From: Okeania sp. | GTDB lineage: Bacteria > Cyanobacteriota > Cyanobacteriia > Cyanobacteriales > Microcoleaceae | DNA length: 32,000 nt | Reading direction: 5' to 3' | NCBI RefSeq assembly: GCF_035285525.1 | Contig: NZ_JAYKGW010000230.1 | Coordinates: 20,638-52,637, forward strand | Shown: one piece after another, positions 31,885 through 32,000 of the stretch | Layout: each line of letters starts with the position of its first letter | Position numbering within the stretch: position 1 is the stretch's first letter | Program-made: the position numbers and the translations under genes | Notes under the pieces: model-generated | Told to the model about the DNA's origin: nothing | Seen by the model: the letters and a program-made list of their open reading frames with translations, nothing else | Databases searched by the model: none

Positions 31885-32000
31885 ATGTTTAATAGTTGGA
31901 ATTTAAGCCAGATCAAAATAACTCTATTAATAGGATTAATCATTTTGGGATTAATTTCTATATTAGTTATAGCTAACTCAATTCCAACTTCTCAAATACC
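31885..32000 (+). CDS. 5' end of an ORF with an N-terminal TM helix (partial, runs off the window)
   Basis: ATG 31885, MFNSWNLSQIKITLLIGLIILGLISILVIANSIPTSQI, open to the window end. Too short to classify. Confidence 0.3.
   Translation, partial: MFNSWNLSQIKITLLIGLIILGLISILVIANSIPTSQI

Overview
AT-rich cyanobacterial chromosome segment. The assignment rests on at least 11 perfect HIP1 octamers (GCGATCGC), STRR-like heptamer arrays, a phycobilisome gene and the atp1 operon. Gene order: RodZ-like HTH protein; clpX (-); cobalamin riboswitch + hupE; DUF1636 + cobW; a decayed ImmA/IrrE peptidase + PIN-like gene pair (-); apcE (-); a TauD-like oxygenase (-) divergent from a SAM methyltransferase (+); a convergent, 3'-overlapping type II restriction-modification pair; the complete atp1 operon (atpI-B-E-F2-F-H-A-G); aroE; a four-gene block (exported protein, yggT, ytxH-like, upp) bracketed by inverted copies of a ~200-bp composite repeat; crtH; and the start of another ORF. 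Roughly a quarter of the window is non-coding. That space is dominated by dispersed repeat families: MITE-like elements with ACTTACGCA ends, GTAGGG...CCCTAC hairpins, and heptamer/octamer arrays. I saw no rRNA, tRNA, CRISPR array or intact transposase. Nothing here can be shown from sequence alone to be a new biological system. The best follow-up candidates are the nonsense-interrupted peptidase/PIN-like module (7.0-8.7 kb), the R-M pair with an unclassified nuclease candidate (15.0-17.6 kb), the inverted-repeat-bracketed block (26.6-29.8 kb) and the TauD-like protein with a hydrophobic insertion. Family calls are made by eye from motifs, without database searches.
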